From contig JAEXVC010000167.1 in the NCBI GenBank assembly GCA_023406715.1, forward strand, positions 1 through 48,814: a DNA stretch of 48,814 nucleotides, read 5' to 3'. A program made the translations under genes and the position numbers. This DNA is from Bacteroidota bacterium (GTDB taxonomy: Bacteria; Bacteroidota; Bacteroidia; Bacteroidales; Tenuifilaceae). The notes beneath the pieces were generated by a model. The model was not told the origin of the DNA. It ran no database searches and was given only the letters and a program-made list of their open reading frames with translations. Positions 36,465-46,568 of this stretch are shown here, piece by piece; positions within the stretch are counted from its first letter, which is position 1, and each line of letters starts with the position of its first letter.

Positions 36465-37931
36465 TTAATCTGCCGCATTTGTCATATCCTCAGGGATACT
36501 TTTTTTTGCTTTTGCCCCAAGTTCCTTGAGTTGCTGAGCCTGTGTTATTAGGTTTCCGCTACCATCTTTAAGTTGACCCAATGCTGTGTCGTAAACCTTT
36601 TGCGCTCTGGATAAATTATCGCCAATTAGTTTGAAATTCTCCAGAAAACTTACAAACTTATCAAAAAGTTTACCACCTCTGTCGGCAATCTCAATAGCAT
36701 TTCTGTTTCTGTACTCGCGCTGCCATAGGTCGTAAATCAACTTCAATGCTGCAATTAAGTTGGTGGGGCTTATGAGTAAAACCCGCTTGTCGTAAGCGTA
36801 GTTCCATATGGAGTGGTCGGCCTCCATGGCTATCATAAAGGCGGGCTCAATGGGGATGAACATCATTACAAAGTCCAACGAGCCAACCAAGTCGGAGTAG
36901 TTTTTGCCTGAAAGACCATCTATGTGACTTCGCAGAGAGCGCATTAACTCGTCTATCGCTTTTTTCTGCTCATCAGGATTTGTTCCACTGCAGTAACGCT
37001 CATAGGCTATTAACGATACCTTGGAGTCTATAACCACTTTGCGCTTGTCGGGGTACGATATTATTACATCTGGCTGAAAACGTTTACCCTCCTCGTCCTT
37101 TAACGACTCCTGGGTTGTATACTCACGTCCTTTCACTAATCCTGATTTGTCGAGGATTGATTCAAGAATCATTTCACCCCAATTACCTTGTGTTTTGACC
37201 TGTCCTTTAAGAGCCTCCGTTAGGTTCTTTGCTTCCTTGCTAATGGATTGGTTTAGTTCGCTTAATTCCTTAACTTTTTCTCCTAACGAGAATCTTTCGC
37301 GGCTTTCCTTCTCGTAAACTTCCTGTACTTGCTGTTTGAATTGCTTAATGTTCTCATCGAGAGGCTTAAGTAGTCTATCAATATTCTCCTGATTAATCTT
37401 GGTGAATCGTTGCGATTTATCTTCCAAAATTTGGTCGGCCAGCAGCCTGAACTCCTTGGAGAATTGACCTCCAATCTCATCCAAATCCTTTTTCTGTTTT
37501 TCCAGCGCCTCCTGCAGGTACTTGTTCTCTTTTTCCAGTTCAATTGCCCGAATTCTTGTTTGGTTAAGGATTTCGGACTGGTTGTTCAGTTCTGCTTTTA
37601 TGGCATCGCGCTCAGTTCTTATTTGCTCAAATTGCTCATTTGCCCCCTGATAGCGGGTTTGGAATACTGAGAGTTGCGAAACAGTGCTTATGCGCTCTTC
37701 TTCCTTCTTGTTAATATCTTGTAATAACCGTTCAGCCTGCTCCTCGCTACGTTTTAGCCTGTCGTGCACAATGCTTAACTCGGCGTTAAGGCTATTAATA
37801 GTGTTGTTTAATTCGTTGGTATGTGTTTTGATTTTAAATAAATTACCAAAGCTAATGCTTAGCAGCGCTAAGGTAATTGTAACTCCTGTAATTATTCCAA
37901 TAAGAAGGTAAATTGTGCTCATATTGTACAT
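36465..37931 (-). CDS. rmuC: DNA recombination protein RmuC
   Basis: N-terminal TM and coiled coil, QGNWGEMILE, nuclease-like PD...IDSK, FVMMFIPIE and SPTNL. Confidence 0.95.
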   Translation of the reverse strand: MYNMSTIYLLIGIITGVTITLALLSISFGNLFKIKTHTNELNNTINSLNAELSIVHDRLKRSEEQAERLLQDINKKEEERISTVSQLSVFQTRYQGANEQFEQIRTERDAIKAELNNQSEILNQTRIRAIELEKENKYLQEALEKQKKDLDEIGGQFSKEFRLLADQILEDKSQRFTKINQENIDRLLKPLDENIKQFKQQVQEVYEKESRERFSLGEKVKELSELNQSISKEAKNLTEALKGQVKTQGNWGEMILESILDKSGLVKGREYTTQESLKDEEGKRFQPDVIISYPDKRKVVIDSKVSLIAYERYCSGTNPDEQKKAIDELMRSLRSHIDGLSGKNYSDLVGSLDFVMMFIPIEPAFMIAMEADHSIWNYAYDKRVLLISPTNLIAALKLIYDLWQREYRNRNAIEIADRGGKLFDKFVSFLENFKLIGDNLSRAQKVYDTALGQLKDGSGNLITQAQQLKELGAKAKKSIPEDMTNAAD

Positions 37932-38142
37932 TGTTATGCTGTAAAAATATTACTAAATGGTTGAAAAGTCAGGTTTTTGGGGCTAAAGTTATTAACTGTA
38001 ATGCTTTTTTTATACCAAAAGTTTAATTATCATCATTCAAAACCAATTCGTAAACACAAAATAGAAGTACATAAAAATTAATGAAAAAGAAATTTACTCA
38101 ACGGTGTTTATTTGCTACCTTTATGACAAAAACATAGTATAT

Positions 38143-39186
38143 ATGGATTTAAGAGGGTTTAAGTGTAAATTAATCATAGCAACCGTTATTTTGCTTACCA
38201 ATGGTTGTTTGTTCTCACAATCCAATCAGGATTTTAATAAGGTTTTCGAAAAGGAAACTGCAAATAGGATTGAAGCAGTTAAGAGTGGAAAGTTCAAGAA
38301 CGTTCAAATTCTTAGTTACTACCCCGATACGTTGCCCAAATGGTTTTTTAATTTACCAGCCAATAATGGATTGGTTTATGCTATTGGTATTTCCGACCCT
38401 GACATGGAATTGGAAAAAGCAAAGGAGTTGGCCTTATTAAGAGCTAAAACAAACGCATTGCTTTTCTCGAATTCTAAAGTTCAGTATTTTAGAGATATCT
38501 ACACTTCGGCAGCAGAAGCAGGCCGTTACACAAATTTACGACAACGGTTCGATACCTACTTTAAGTTATCAGCATCAGGATTGGTTAACAACGAGATGTT
38601 TGCGGTGGTGGATACTCACTTTACCCGGTACAATGAGTATATTGTTCTGCTTACGTATAACCCAAGTAATGCATCAAGTACCGATTCAATTAACCTTACA
38701 GCCATTTCTACATCTTTTTTTGTTGAGGCCAGCGTGGATGGTGCATTTGAGGAGCAGGCTGAGTATGAAATGATGAGCATTGAACGTCCTTCGGGCAATA
38801 CACAGCAGAAAGCCCATTACCTATACAGGGAGAAGGGCGAGCGTTTCTTGTCCTATTCTCTGTATGATCAGTTTGAAAATGATTATCCAGTATATGTTTA
38901 TTCCTATGCTTCACCCTATTGGAATACTCTTCGTAGGGCGTTTACAAGTTATAATGGGCTTTGGAGTATTTTCTCTCGCCAATTTTTGAACTATCTAACC
39001 TTGAATAGCCAGAATAGTAGCATTAAACTAAAAAATCTTGGGGAGCAGTATACTTCCGAGTCAACATCATTAACACGAGAGATAGCATCGTTTACCGCTA
39101 GGTTAAATATAAACGGCATTAATTTTGATAGCGATACATTTAAGTTAGATATTCAAGTTGAGGAGCTGGTTCGGCTAATCAAGTAG
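38143..39186 (+). CDS. Exported hypothetical protein with an LPP20-like N-terminal motif
   Basis: Signal peptide ending LFS-Q. 'LPKWFFNLP....VYAIGISDP.....AKELALLRAK' resembles the LPP20 motif of 4415..5797. ATG 38143 is preferred. Confidence 0.6.
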   Translation: MDLRGFKCKLIIATVILLTNGCLFSQSNQDFNKVFEKETANRIEAVKSGKFKNVQILSYYPDTLPKWFFNLPANNGLVYAIGISDPDMELEKAKELALLRAKTNALLFSNSKVQYFRDIYTSAAEAGRYTNLRQRFDTYFKLSASGLVNNEMFAVVDTHFTRYNEYIVLLTYNPSNASSTDSINLTAISTSFFVEASVDGAFEEQAEYEMMSIERPSGNTQQKAHYLYREKGERFLSYSLYDQFENDYPVYVYSYASPYWNTLRRAFTSYNGLWSIFSRQFLNYLTLNSQNSSIKLKNLGEQYTSESTSLTREIASFTARLNINGINFDSDTFKLDIQVEELVRLIK

Positions 39187-39253
39187 TTGCGAATTATTGT
39201 TGATTAAAACATAAAATATTGTAAATTGTAGAATCTATTTAATACCCTAAAAA

Positions 39254-41233
39254 ATGAAAACATTAACGCGTTTACTGGGTTTAACTATAGCAACAATGCT
39301 AATCTATAGCACTATTAGTTATTCCCAGCAGGTCAATAAGCTTACTACAAAACAGCTAGGCGAGAAGATTAATTTGGAATATGCTATTTCTGGCGAGGGA
39401 ATAGGTCAAACATTTAACGTTGCGCCATACTACTCAACTGATGGTGGAAAAACCTTTATTCCACTAAAAAGTGTGCTTGGTAATGTTGGCTCTGGGGTAG
39501 CTGGTGGTAGAAATCAACTTATTGTTTGGGATGTTCTGAAAGACCTTAAAGAACTCGATTCTGATGTTATATTTAAGGTAATGGCCGAATCAAAATCGGT
39601 TGTTCCAGTACAGGACGATTTCCGTCAAGTTTCTTTTAAACTGGAGAGTTTTAATAGAACTCCAGAAGGAAACGTTGAACTTTCATTAGCTATTACTAAC
39701 TACGGCGCCGCTCGCGACCTTAAAATGATTAATGGGTTAATCACCATTACTGACTTTAAAAAACGTAAGTTCGATGCCCAGCGAGGCAATATTGCTGAAG
39801 TTGTAGGCAACGAGAGATACTCAACTCCACAACGCACCTTAAAGCAAGGCGAAACCGTTAAGGCAACATTTGTATTTGAAAGAGTTCCTGCCGATTTAGA
39901 TCGTGTAATGCGATTGGATTTAGGCATTGAGTTGATTACTGACGAAACTTATGGCATTGACCTAAAAATTGGCAAACTTCAATTCCGCGATTTGCCAATT
40001 ACATCAGTAAAAACCAACAACATGAAGGTTGAGAAAACCAGTCGATTCGAAATGGTTTCCGACTTGCAGCATTTTACAGTTAAAAAGGTTGAGGTAGCTG
40101 ATAGTAATGCGCCCGTAATTGCTCTAACTCAGCCCGCCAATGTTCCATTGGTAGGTAAAGAATCAACTAGAGGCAGACCTTATGCTCAATCATCCATTGG
40201 AATGGACGATAAGCGCTTGCGCTCATTGGCTAGCGGAGAAGAGTTTGCCACCACTGATGAGGCAATGGTTGTAAAAGGCTCTGTTACCGACGAAAGCGGT
40301 ATATATGAGGTAGTAGTAAATGGAATAGATGCAAATGTCACTCAAAATGGACTATTTGAAGTGTCTGTTCCTCTAACCATTGGTAAGAATGAAATTATAA
40401 TAAGAGCGGTTGATTTAAGAAAAAATAGCGTAGAGAAAAAGTTCTTTGTTCTTAGAAAAACTGTATCGGGCAAGGTTGCTAAGGGCGACACAGAGGAACT
40501 CGATTTGGTGTTCGACCAACAAAAGACTCCTCCGAAATTTTATGCTCTTATAATGGGTGCAAACGATTATGCCGATGGTAGCATTACCGATTTGGATAAC
40601 CCAATTAACGATGCGACCAAATTGTACAATGTCTTAACTTCTCGATATACGTTCGATCCAAATAATGTAATATTCCTAAAGGATCCAACCCGCGAACAAA
40701 TTATTAACGAATTGGATAGATTAACCCGTAGAATTTCAAAAAACGATAATCTTTTAATTTTCTTCGCAGGTCACGGATATTGGGATCAAGAAACCGACTT
40801 TGGCTACTGGATACCAACCGATTCCAAGGCAAATAGCACTGCAAACTGGATGGCTAATAGCCAAATTCGCGATTACGTTGCGGCAATAAAATCAAGGCAT
40901 ACACTTTTAATTGCCGATGCTTGCTTTGGCGGAAGTATATTCCGAAGTCGTAAGGCTTTTCAGGAGGGATCTAGCCCTATCAAAAAAGCGTACGATGCAC
41001 CTAGCCGTAAGGCAATGACCAGTGGTAATCTTACTGAGGTTCCCGACAGGAGTGTATTTCTTGAGCAGTTGGTTGATAGGCTTAGCACCAATACAAAGGA
41101 TTATCTTACAGCCGAAGAAATCTTTGGAAGTATTAAAGATATTGTCATCAATAATAGCCCTGTAACACCAGTTTATGGAGATATTAAGGATGCAGGTGAT
41201 GAAGGCGGAGATTTTATCTTTGTAAAGAAGTAA
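39254..41233 (+). CDS. Exported multidomain caspase-family (peptidase C14) protein
   Basis: Signal peptide ending SYS-Q, beta-rich/Ig-like domains (YSTDGGKTF; VKGSVTDESG...VPLTIGKNEIIIRAVD) and a C-terminal C14 domain with YALIMGANDY, FFAGHG and IADACFGG. Confidence 0.88.
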   Translation: MKTLTRLLGLTIATMLIYSTISYSQQVNKLTTKQLGEKINLEYAISGEGIGQTFNVAPYYSTDGGKTFIPLKSVLGNVGSGVAGGRNQLIVWDVLKDLKELDSDVIFKVMAESKSVVPVQDDFRQVSFKLESFNRTPEGNVELSLAITNYGAARDLKMINGLITITDFKKRKFDAQRGNIAEVVGNERYSTPQRTLKQGETVKATFVFERVPADLDRVMRLDLGIELITDETYGIDLKIGKLQFRDLPITSVKTNNMKVEKTSRFEMVSDLQHFTVKKVEVADSNAPVIALTQPANVPLVGKESTRGRPYAQSSIGMDDKRLRSLASGEEFATTDEAMVVKGSVTDESGIYEVVVNGIDANVTQNGLFEVSVPLTIGKNEIIIRAVDLRKNSVEKKFFVLRKTVSGKVAKGDTEELDLVFDQQKTPPKFYALIMGANDYADGSITDLDNPINDATKLYNVLTSRYTFDPNNVIFLKDPTREQIINELDRLTRRISKNDNLLIFFAGHGYWDQETDFGYWIPTDSKANSTANWMANSQIRDYVAAIKSRHTLLIADACFGGSIFRSRKAFQEGSSPIKKAYDAPSRKAMTSGNLTEVPDRSVFLEQLVDRLSTNTKDYLTAEEIFGSIKDIVINNSPVTPVYGDIKDAGDEGGDFIFVKK

Positions 41234-41250
41234 ATAGCACATAATTTTCC

Positions 41251-41298
41251 TTAATGGATTGAAGTGTTTAATTAACATGGAATGCTTCAATCCATTAA
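41251..41298 (+). other. Long AU-rich inverted repeat downstream of the caspase gene (terminator or mRNA-stabilising hairpin)
   Basis: TTAATGGATTGAAG ... CTTCAATCCATTAA (14-bp perfect), extended inward by G-U pairs on the + strand RNA. Confidence 0.65.
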
Positions 41299-41420
41299 CT
41301 TAATTTTTATTTGGTGTATTTTTTTGAAACACATTTTTTAGTTCAGCGTATTTATTTAGCATAGTAATTCGTGCAAAATTGTATCTTTAAAAAACTTGTT
41401 TAACATCAAACTCCTATACT

Positions 41421-41975
41421 ATGAAAAGAATTCTACTAACTAACATTATGCTTTTGGCCATAGTTGCTTTATTTAATTCTAATGCTTTAGCTCAGGATGA
41501 TCCTAAGTTGTTGAAATTGGAAGAGAAGGTAAAGGCTGCTCAGGACAAATACGATAAAACTGACTTAAAAGTAGTATCGGCTGATAGTTTAATTACTGCT
41601 GGAAAGGATTTGATGCAAGAGGCTACTTCGGAGCTTAAGGAGTTAGAAAATGAAAAGAAAATGATGGAAAAAGATCATTTCAACGAAATAAAGCCTCTTG
41701 AAAAACAGATGAGATCAAAAGACAAGGAAGAGGTCAATACTGCTAAGGCAGATTTAAAGGCATCTGAAACTAAGTATAAAGAAGACTTTAAGGCTTGGAA
41801 TGCTAAATACAAAGAATCCCTTAAGAAGTATGAGAATGGGAAAAAGATGATTCAAAAGGGTGAGGAAAATATGAAGAAAGCAAAAGAGGCCAAGAAAGAA
41901 GCCGAAAAGACATTAAAAGATGCTGAAAAGGCACTTAAAGATGCAGAGAAGGCTTCGCTAAAAGGGAAAAAATAG
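41421..41975 (+). CDS. Exported Lys/Glu/Ala-rich coiled-coil protein
   Basis: Signal peptide ending ALA-Q and a charged helical body with terminal heptads (KDAEKAL KDAEKAS). Confidence 0.8.
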   Translation: MKRILLTNIMLLAIVALFNSNALAQDDPKLLKLEEKVKAAQDKYDKTDLKVVSADSLITAGKDLMQEATSELKELENEKKMMEKDHFNEIKPLEKQMRSKDKEEVNTAKADLKASETKYKEDFKAWNAKYKESLKKYENGKKMIQKGEENMKKAKEAKKEAEKTLKDAEKALKDAEKASLKGKK

Positions 41976-41996
41976 ATTTATCTGTTGCAATAATTG

Positions 41997-42031
41997 AAGG
42001 GATGCTGATTGAGGCATCCCTTTTTGTTTTT
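41997..42031 (+). terminator. Rho-independent terminator
   Basis: AAGGGATGC...GCATCCCTT followed by TTTGTTTTT. Confidence 0.8.
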
Positions 42032-42076
42032 ACATCTAAATAATTTACGTCCAATCCGTAACTTCTTAAATTTTAT

Positions 42077-42084
42077 TATTTTTG
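42077..42084 (+). promoter_or_regulatory. -7 box TATTTTTG for valS
   Basis: Exact TAnnTTTG about 25 nt before ATG 42109. Confidence 0.6.
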
Positions 42085-42108
42085 CGGTTCGACTTTTTTT
42101 AATGACAA

Positions 42109-44745
42109 ATGAATAATACTAAGGAACTATCGGCAAAGTACAACCCTATTGAGGTTGAGGACAAGTGGTACAAGTACTGGATGGATAAAGGGTTTTTCCA
42201 CTCTACTCCCGATGAGCGTGAGCCATACTGTATTGTAATTCCCCCGCCCAACGTTACAGGCGTGTTACACATGGGGCATATGTTGAACAACACATTACAG
42301 GATGTACTGGTCCGTCGTGCCCGCATGAAGGGAAAAAATGCTTGTTGGGTTCCAGGAACAGACCATGCTTCAATTGCAACGGAGGCTAAGGTTGTTAATA
42401 AACTTAAGTCTGAGGGTATTGATAAGGCTACACTTTCTCGCGATGAGTTTTTGAAGCATGCCTGGGAGTGGAAGGAAAAGCACGGAGGCATTATTCTGGA
42501 GCAACTTAAAAAACTTGGAGCGTCGTGCGATTGGGAACGTACATGCTTTACTATGGACGACACCCTATCGGCTAGTGTTATTCATGTATTTGTTGACCTT
42601 TACAGGAAAGGCAAGATATACCGTGGAGTTCGAATGGTGAATTGGGATCCCCAGGCTAAAACCGCTGTTTCCGACGAGGAGGTAATATACCGCGAGGTTC
42701 AAAGTAAAATCTACTACCTAAAATATAAAATTGATGGTGAGGATGGTTTTGTTACCATCGCAACTACTCGCCCCGAAACTATTCTTGGCGATACTGCAGT
42801 GTGCGTTAATCCAAACGATCCACGCTATGCGCACTTAAAGGGTAAGCATGTTATTGTGCCGCTTATCAACCGCAGTGTGCCTATTATTTATGATGATTAC
42901 GTTGATATGGAATTTGGTACTGGAGCACTAAAAGTTACTCCTGCCCACGATATCAACGACTATATGCTAGGCGAAAAGCATAGGCTTCAGTCTATCGATA
43001 TTTTTAACGACAATGGAACGCTAAGTCCTGCAGCCAAACTATACGTTGGAATGGACAGGTTCGAGGTTCGTAAGGTTATTGTTGGCGATTTGGAGAAGGC
43101 TGGGAATCTTGCTAAGATTGAGGACTACGTTAATAAGGTTGGCTTTAGCGAGCGTACCGATGCCGTTATTGAGCCAAAACTATCCATGCAGTGGTTCCTT
43201 AGGATGAAGGAATTATCGCAACCTGCGCTGGATTCAGTTATCAATGGTGATATTGAACTTTACCCTCCTAAGTTTGTAAACACTTACCGCCACTGGATGG
43301 AGAATGTGAAGGATTGGTGCCTTTCACGCCAATTGTGGTGGGGACATCGTATTCCTGCCTGGTACTTACCTGAGGGTGGCTATGTTGTAGCAAATACCGA
43401 GGAAGAGGCGCTTGAGTTGGCTAAGAAGGAAACAGGAAAGACCAACCTTAAGATTTCCGATTTACGTCAGGATGAGGATGTGCTCGACACTTGGTTCAGC
43501 TCTTGGTTGTGGCCAATTTCTGTTTTCAACGGAATTCTTGAGCCTAACAACAAGGATATTAAGTATTACTACCCAACCAACGATTTGATTACTGCTCCCG
43601 AAATTCTTTTCTTCTGGGTGGCACGTATGATTATTGCTGGTTACGAGTATATGGGCGAAAAGCCTTTCCGCAACGTTTACCTTACAGGTATTGTGCGCGA
43701 CCATTTGCACCGTAAAATGAGTAAACAACTTGGCAACTCTCCTGACCCAATAGACCTTATGGCAAAGTATGGTGCTGATGGTGTTCGTGTTGGTATGTTG
43801 CTTTGCTCACCTGCAGGGAACGATTTACTTTTTGATGAGGCATTAACCGAGCAGGGACGTAACTTCTGTAATAAAATATGGAATGCATTCCGTTTGGTTA
43901 AAGGTTGGCAGGTAGATGAGAACGCCGCTCAGCCCGAATCAGCCCGAGCAGGTGTTGAGTGGTTCAACAATCAACTAAACAAAGCTATTGAGCAAGCCGA
44001 TGACGATTTCGATAAGTATCGTATTTCTGAGGCTTTGATGAATCTTTACAAACTATTCTGGGATGAGTTCTCATCGTGGTACTTGGAGATTATAAAGCCA
44101 ACATACGGTCAGCCAATCGATGGCAAAACGTATAAGGCAACCCTTGAGATATTTGAGAAGATACTAGCGTTGCTTCATCCTTATATGCCATTTATCACCG
44201 AGGAACTATGGCAATATCTACGCGAACGCAACGATGGCGATAGCATAATGGTTAGCCTAATGCCAAAATCCAATGGATACGATGCTAATATTCTTGAGCA
44301 GTTCGAGAAGGTTAAGGAGGTTATTGCTGGGGTAAGGACAATTCGCCAGGAGAAAAACATTGCCATTAAGCAGCAACTATCTACATCAATCCGTACAAAC
44401 TCAAAGTTTAATATTGGGAGCGAGGCTATTATTGTAAAACTAGCTGGATTAGAAAACCTAAGTTATGTTGATGCTAAAATTGATGGCGCTGCATCGTTTA
44501 TGGTTGGAACCATTGAGGTGTACATTCCGCTTGAGGGCTTAATTGATGCTGCTGAAGAAAAGGCTAAATTGATTGAAGAACTCAACTACACAAAAGGATT
44601 CCTGGATAGTGTAATGAAGAAGTTGAGTAACGAACGCTTTGTAAATAGTGCTCCTGCAAATGTTGTTGACCTTGAGCGCAAAAAGCAGGCCGATGCGCTT
44701 GATAAAATTAAAACACTGGAAGAAAGAATATCTAGTTTAAAGTAA
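42109..44745 (+). CDS. valS: Valine--tRNA ligase
   Basis: [13 protein letters not shown] (HIGH), [29 protein letters not shown] (KMSKS) and C-terminal coiled coil '[12 protein letters not shown]'. Confidence 0.98.
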   Translation: MNNTKELSAKYNPIEVEDKWYKYWMDKGFFHSTPDEREPYCIVIPPPNVTGVLHMGHMLNNTLQDVLVRRARMKGKNACWVPGTDHASIATEAKVVNKLKSEGIDKATLSRDEFLKHAWEWKEKHGGIILEQLKKLGASCDWERTCFTMDDTLSASVIHVFVDLYRKGKIYRGVRMVNWDPQAKTAVSDEEVIYREVQSKIYYLKYKIDGEDGFVTIATTRPETILGDTAVCVNPNDPRYAHLKGKHVIVPLINRSVPIIYDDYVDMEFGTGALKVTPAHDINDYMLGEKHRLQSIDIFNDNGTLSPAAKLYVGMDRFEVRKVIVGDLEKAGNLAKIEDYVNKVGFSERTDAVIEPKLSMQWFLRMKELSQPALDSVINGDIELYPPKFVNTYRHWMENVKDWCLSRQLWWGHRIPAWYLPEGGYVVANTEEEALELAKKETGKTNLKISDLRQDEDVLDTWFSSWLWPISVFNGILEPNNKDIKYYYPTNDLITAPEILFFWVARMIIAGYEYMGEKPFRNVYLTGIVRDHLHRKMSKQLGNSPDPIDLMAKYGADGVRVGMLLCSPAGNDLLFDEALTEQGRNFCNKIWNAFRLVKGWQVDENAAQPESARAGVEWFNNQLNKAIEQADDDFDKYRISEALMNLYKLFWDEFSSWYLEIIKPTYGQPIDGKTYKATLEIFEKILALLHPYMPFITEELWQYLRERNDGDSIMVSLMPKSNGYDANILEQFEKVKEVIAGVRTIRQEKNIAIKQQLSTSIRTNSKFNIGSEAIIVKLAGLENLSYVDAKIDGAASFMVGTIEVYIPLEGLIDAAEEKAKLIEELNYTKGFLDSVMKKLSNERFVNSAPANVVDLERKKQADALDKIKTLEERISSLK

Positions 44746-44767
44746 ATTTCTATAAAAATATTCGGCA

Positions 44768-44805
44768 AAAAGCCCGCATCTTTATTGGTTGCGGGCTTTT
44801 GTTTT
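44768..44805 (+). terminator. Rho-independent terminator of valS
   Basis: AAAAGCCCGCA...TGCGGGCTTTT followed by GTTTT. Confidence 0.8.
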
Positions 44806-44910
44806 GTGCATTATCTTTTTTGAAGAAAAAACATCTAATCACTTAGTTTTTGCTTGTAAAATGATGTTAAGAAACATTAACCTAAAGCTATTTAAGTACT
44901 TAACATTTAT

Positions 44911-44918
44911 TAGTTTTG
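44911..44918 (+). promoter_or_regulatory. -7 box TAGTTTTG for glnA
   Basis: Exact TAnnTTTG about 32 nt before ATG 44950. Confidence 0.55.
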
Positions 44919-44949
44919 ACGAAATTTAAAAATTAAAAAATAGCTGAAA

Positions 44950-46455
44950 ATGAACGATTCAGAAATCTTAATGAACCCAAACCAATTGGTTCGTTTCCTG
45001 AAAAAGCCAGCATCAGAATTCACTAAGGCCGATATTATTCGCTTTTGTGAGGAGAATGATATTGAAATGGTAAACTTCCGCTATGTGGCAGAGGATGGAA
45101 AGTTAAAAACACTGAATTTTGTTATTACATCAAAGGATCACCTCGACTCAATATTAACTGCTGGTGAGCGCGTTGATGGTAGTAGCCTTTTTTCTTTCAT
45201 TGAGGCGGGTAGCAGCGATTTGTATGTAATACCACGTTACAGAACTGCTTTTGTGAACCCCTTTTCGGAGGTTCCTGCAATTGATATTCTTTGCTCATTT
45301 TACGACAACACCGGTAAGCCACTTGAGAGTTCTCCTGAAAATGTGCTTCGTAAAGCTCACGATTTATTCAGAAAAGAAACCGGCTACACTTTCAAAGCCT
45401 TGGCCGAGCTGGAGTACTATGTGATTAGTGATCGGGAGGATTTCTACCCAGGAGTTGACCAAAAGGGATATCACGCATCGGAACCATACGCAAAGTACGA
45501 AAATCTTCGTCGCGAGGCATTGCTTTACGTTGCTCAGGCAGGTGGAAAAATTAAGTACGGACACTCGGAGGTGGGTTGTTTTATGACCGAGGATAAACTC
45601 TATGAGCAGCACGAGATAGAGTTTTTACCAACCAATGCCGAGGATGCTGTTGACCAATTGGTAATAGCTAAGTGGATTGTACGTATGCTAGGATATCGCT
45701 ACGGTGTTGAAATTAGCTATGCCCCCAAAATTATTGTTGGTAAAGCTGGTAGCGGTTTGCATTTCCATATGTTAATTGAGAAGGATGGTAAGAATTTATT
45801 GGTTGAGGATAGTAAACTAAGCCCATTGGCTAAAAGAATGATTGCAGGGATTCTAGATTCTGCTGATGCTTTAACCGCATTTGGAAATACTATTCCCACA
45901 TCATATTTACGCTTAGTGCCACATCAAGAAGCTCCAACCTATATATGCTGGGGCGACAGAAACCGTTCGGTTGTTGTGCGCGTTCCCCTTGGCTGGACTG
46001 GTGCAAATAATATGATTGCCGATGCGAATCCAGTAGAATGTGGTTGTCAAGGACCAAAAGAAAGCAAGCAAACGTACGAGTTTCGCGTTGCAGACGGTTC
46101 TGCCGATCCACACCTAACGGTTGCCGGATTAATCATTGCATCGTTGAACGGTATTCGCCGTGCCGATTCTTTGGAAATGGCCGATAAACTATATGCTCAC
46201 GTAAACATCTTTAGCCCTGAGTTCAAAGAAAAGTTAGCATCGCTTAATCAACTTCCAGCATCGTGTTTTGAATCTGCTGATGTTTTAGATAAGAAGCGTG
46301 CAATTTTTGAGGCCGATGGCATTTTTCCAAAAGGGATGATTGATTCCAAAATTAAAAAACTGAAATCCTACAATGACAAAGGTTTGAGCGAAAGAATCTA
46401 CGGCAAGAACGAAGAAATTAAGACACTAGTTGAGCAATATATTCATATTGCCTAA
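44950..46455 (+). CDS. glnA: Glutamine synthetase, type I family
   Basis: DGSS, ELEYY, HSEVG, QHEIEF, GSGLHFH, SYLRLVPHQEAP, NRSVVVRVP and EFRVADG. Confidence 0.9.
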   Translation: MNDSEILMNPNQLVRFLKKPASEFTKADIIRFCEENDIEMVNFRYVAEDGKLKTLNFVITSKDHLDSILTAGERVDGSSLFSFIEAGSSDLYVIPRYRTAFVNPFSEVPAIDILCSFYDNTGKPLESSPENVLRKAHDLFRKETGYTFKALAELEYYVISDREDFYPGVDQKGYHASEPYAKYENLRREALLYVAQAGGKIKYGHSEVGCFMTEDKLYEQHEIEFLPTNAEDAVDQLVIAKWIVRMLGYRYGVEISYAPKIIVGKAGSGLHFHMLIEKDGKNLLVEDSKLSPLAKRMIAGILDSADALTAFGNTIPTSYLRLVPHQEAPTYICWGDRNRSVVVRVPLGWTGANNMIADANPVECGCQGPKESKQTYEFRVADGSADPHLTVAGLIIASLNGIRRADSLEMADKLYAHVNIFSPEFKEKLASLNQLPASCFESADVLDKKRAIFEADGIFPKGMIDSKIKKLKSYNDKGLSERIYGKNEEIKTLVEQYIHIA

Positions 46456-46477
46456 GGATAAATATTCTGTAAAACTT

Positions 46478-46507
46478 AAAGCCCTGCGATTTTTCGCAGG
46501 GTTTTTT
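46478..46507 (+). terminator. Rho-independent terminator of glnA
   Basis: GCCCTGCGA-TTTT-TCGCAGGGT followed by TTTTT. Confidence 0.85.
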
Positions 46508-46568
46508 GTTATGTGCATGAAACAATTGAAAAAAATATTATAAATTACATCCGTAAAAGGCTGTTTTT

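Noticed and set aside
36465..37931. RmuC nuclease-like domain next to a caspase locus as an anti-phage island
   Set aside because: rmuC is a widespread chromosomal gene transcribed divergently, and no recognised defence sensors or effectors are present.
41976..42108. T-box or attenuator upstream of valS
   Set aside because: The hairpin is the upstream gene's terminator, and the -7 box lies about 25 nt from the ATG, leaving no room for a leader.
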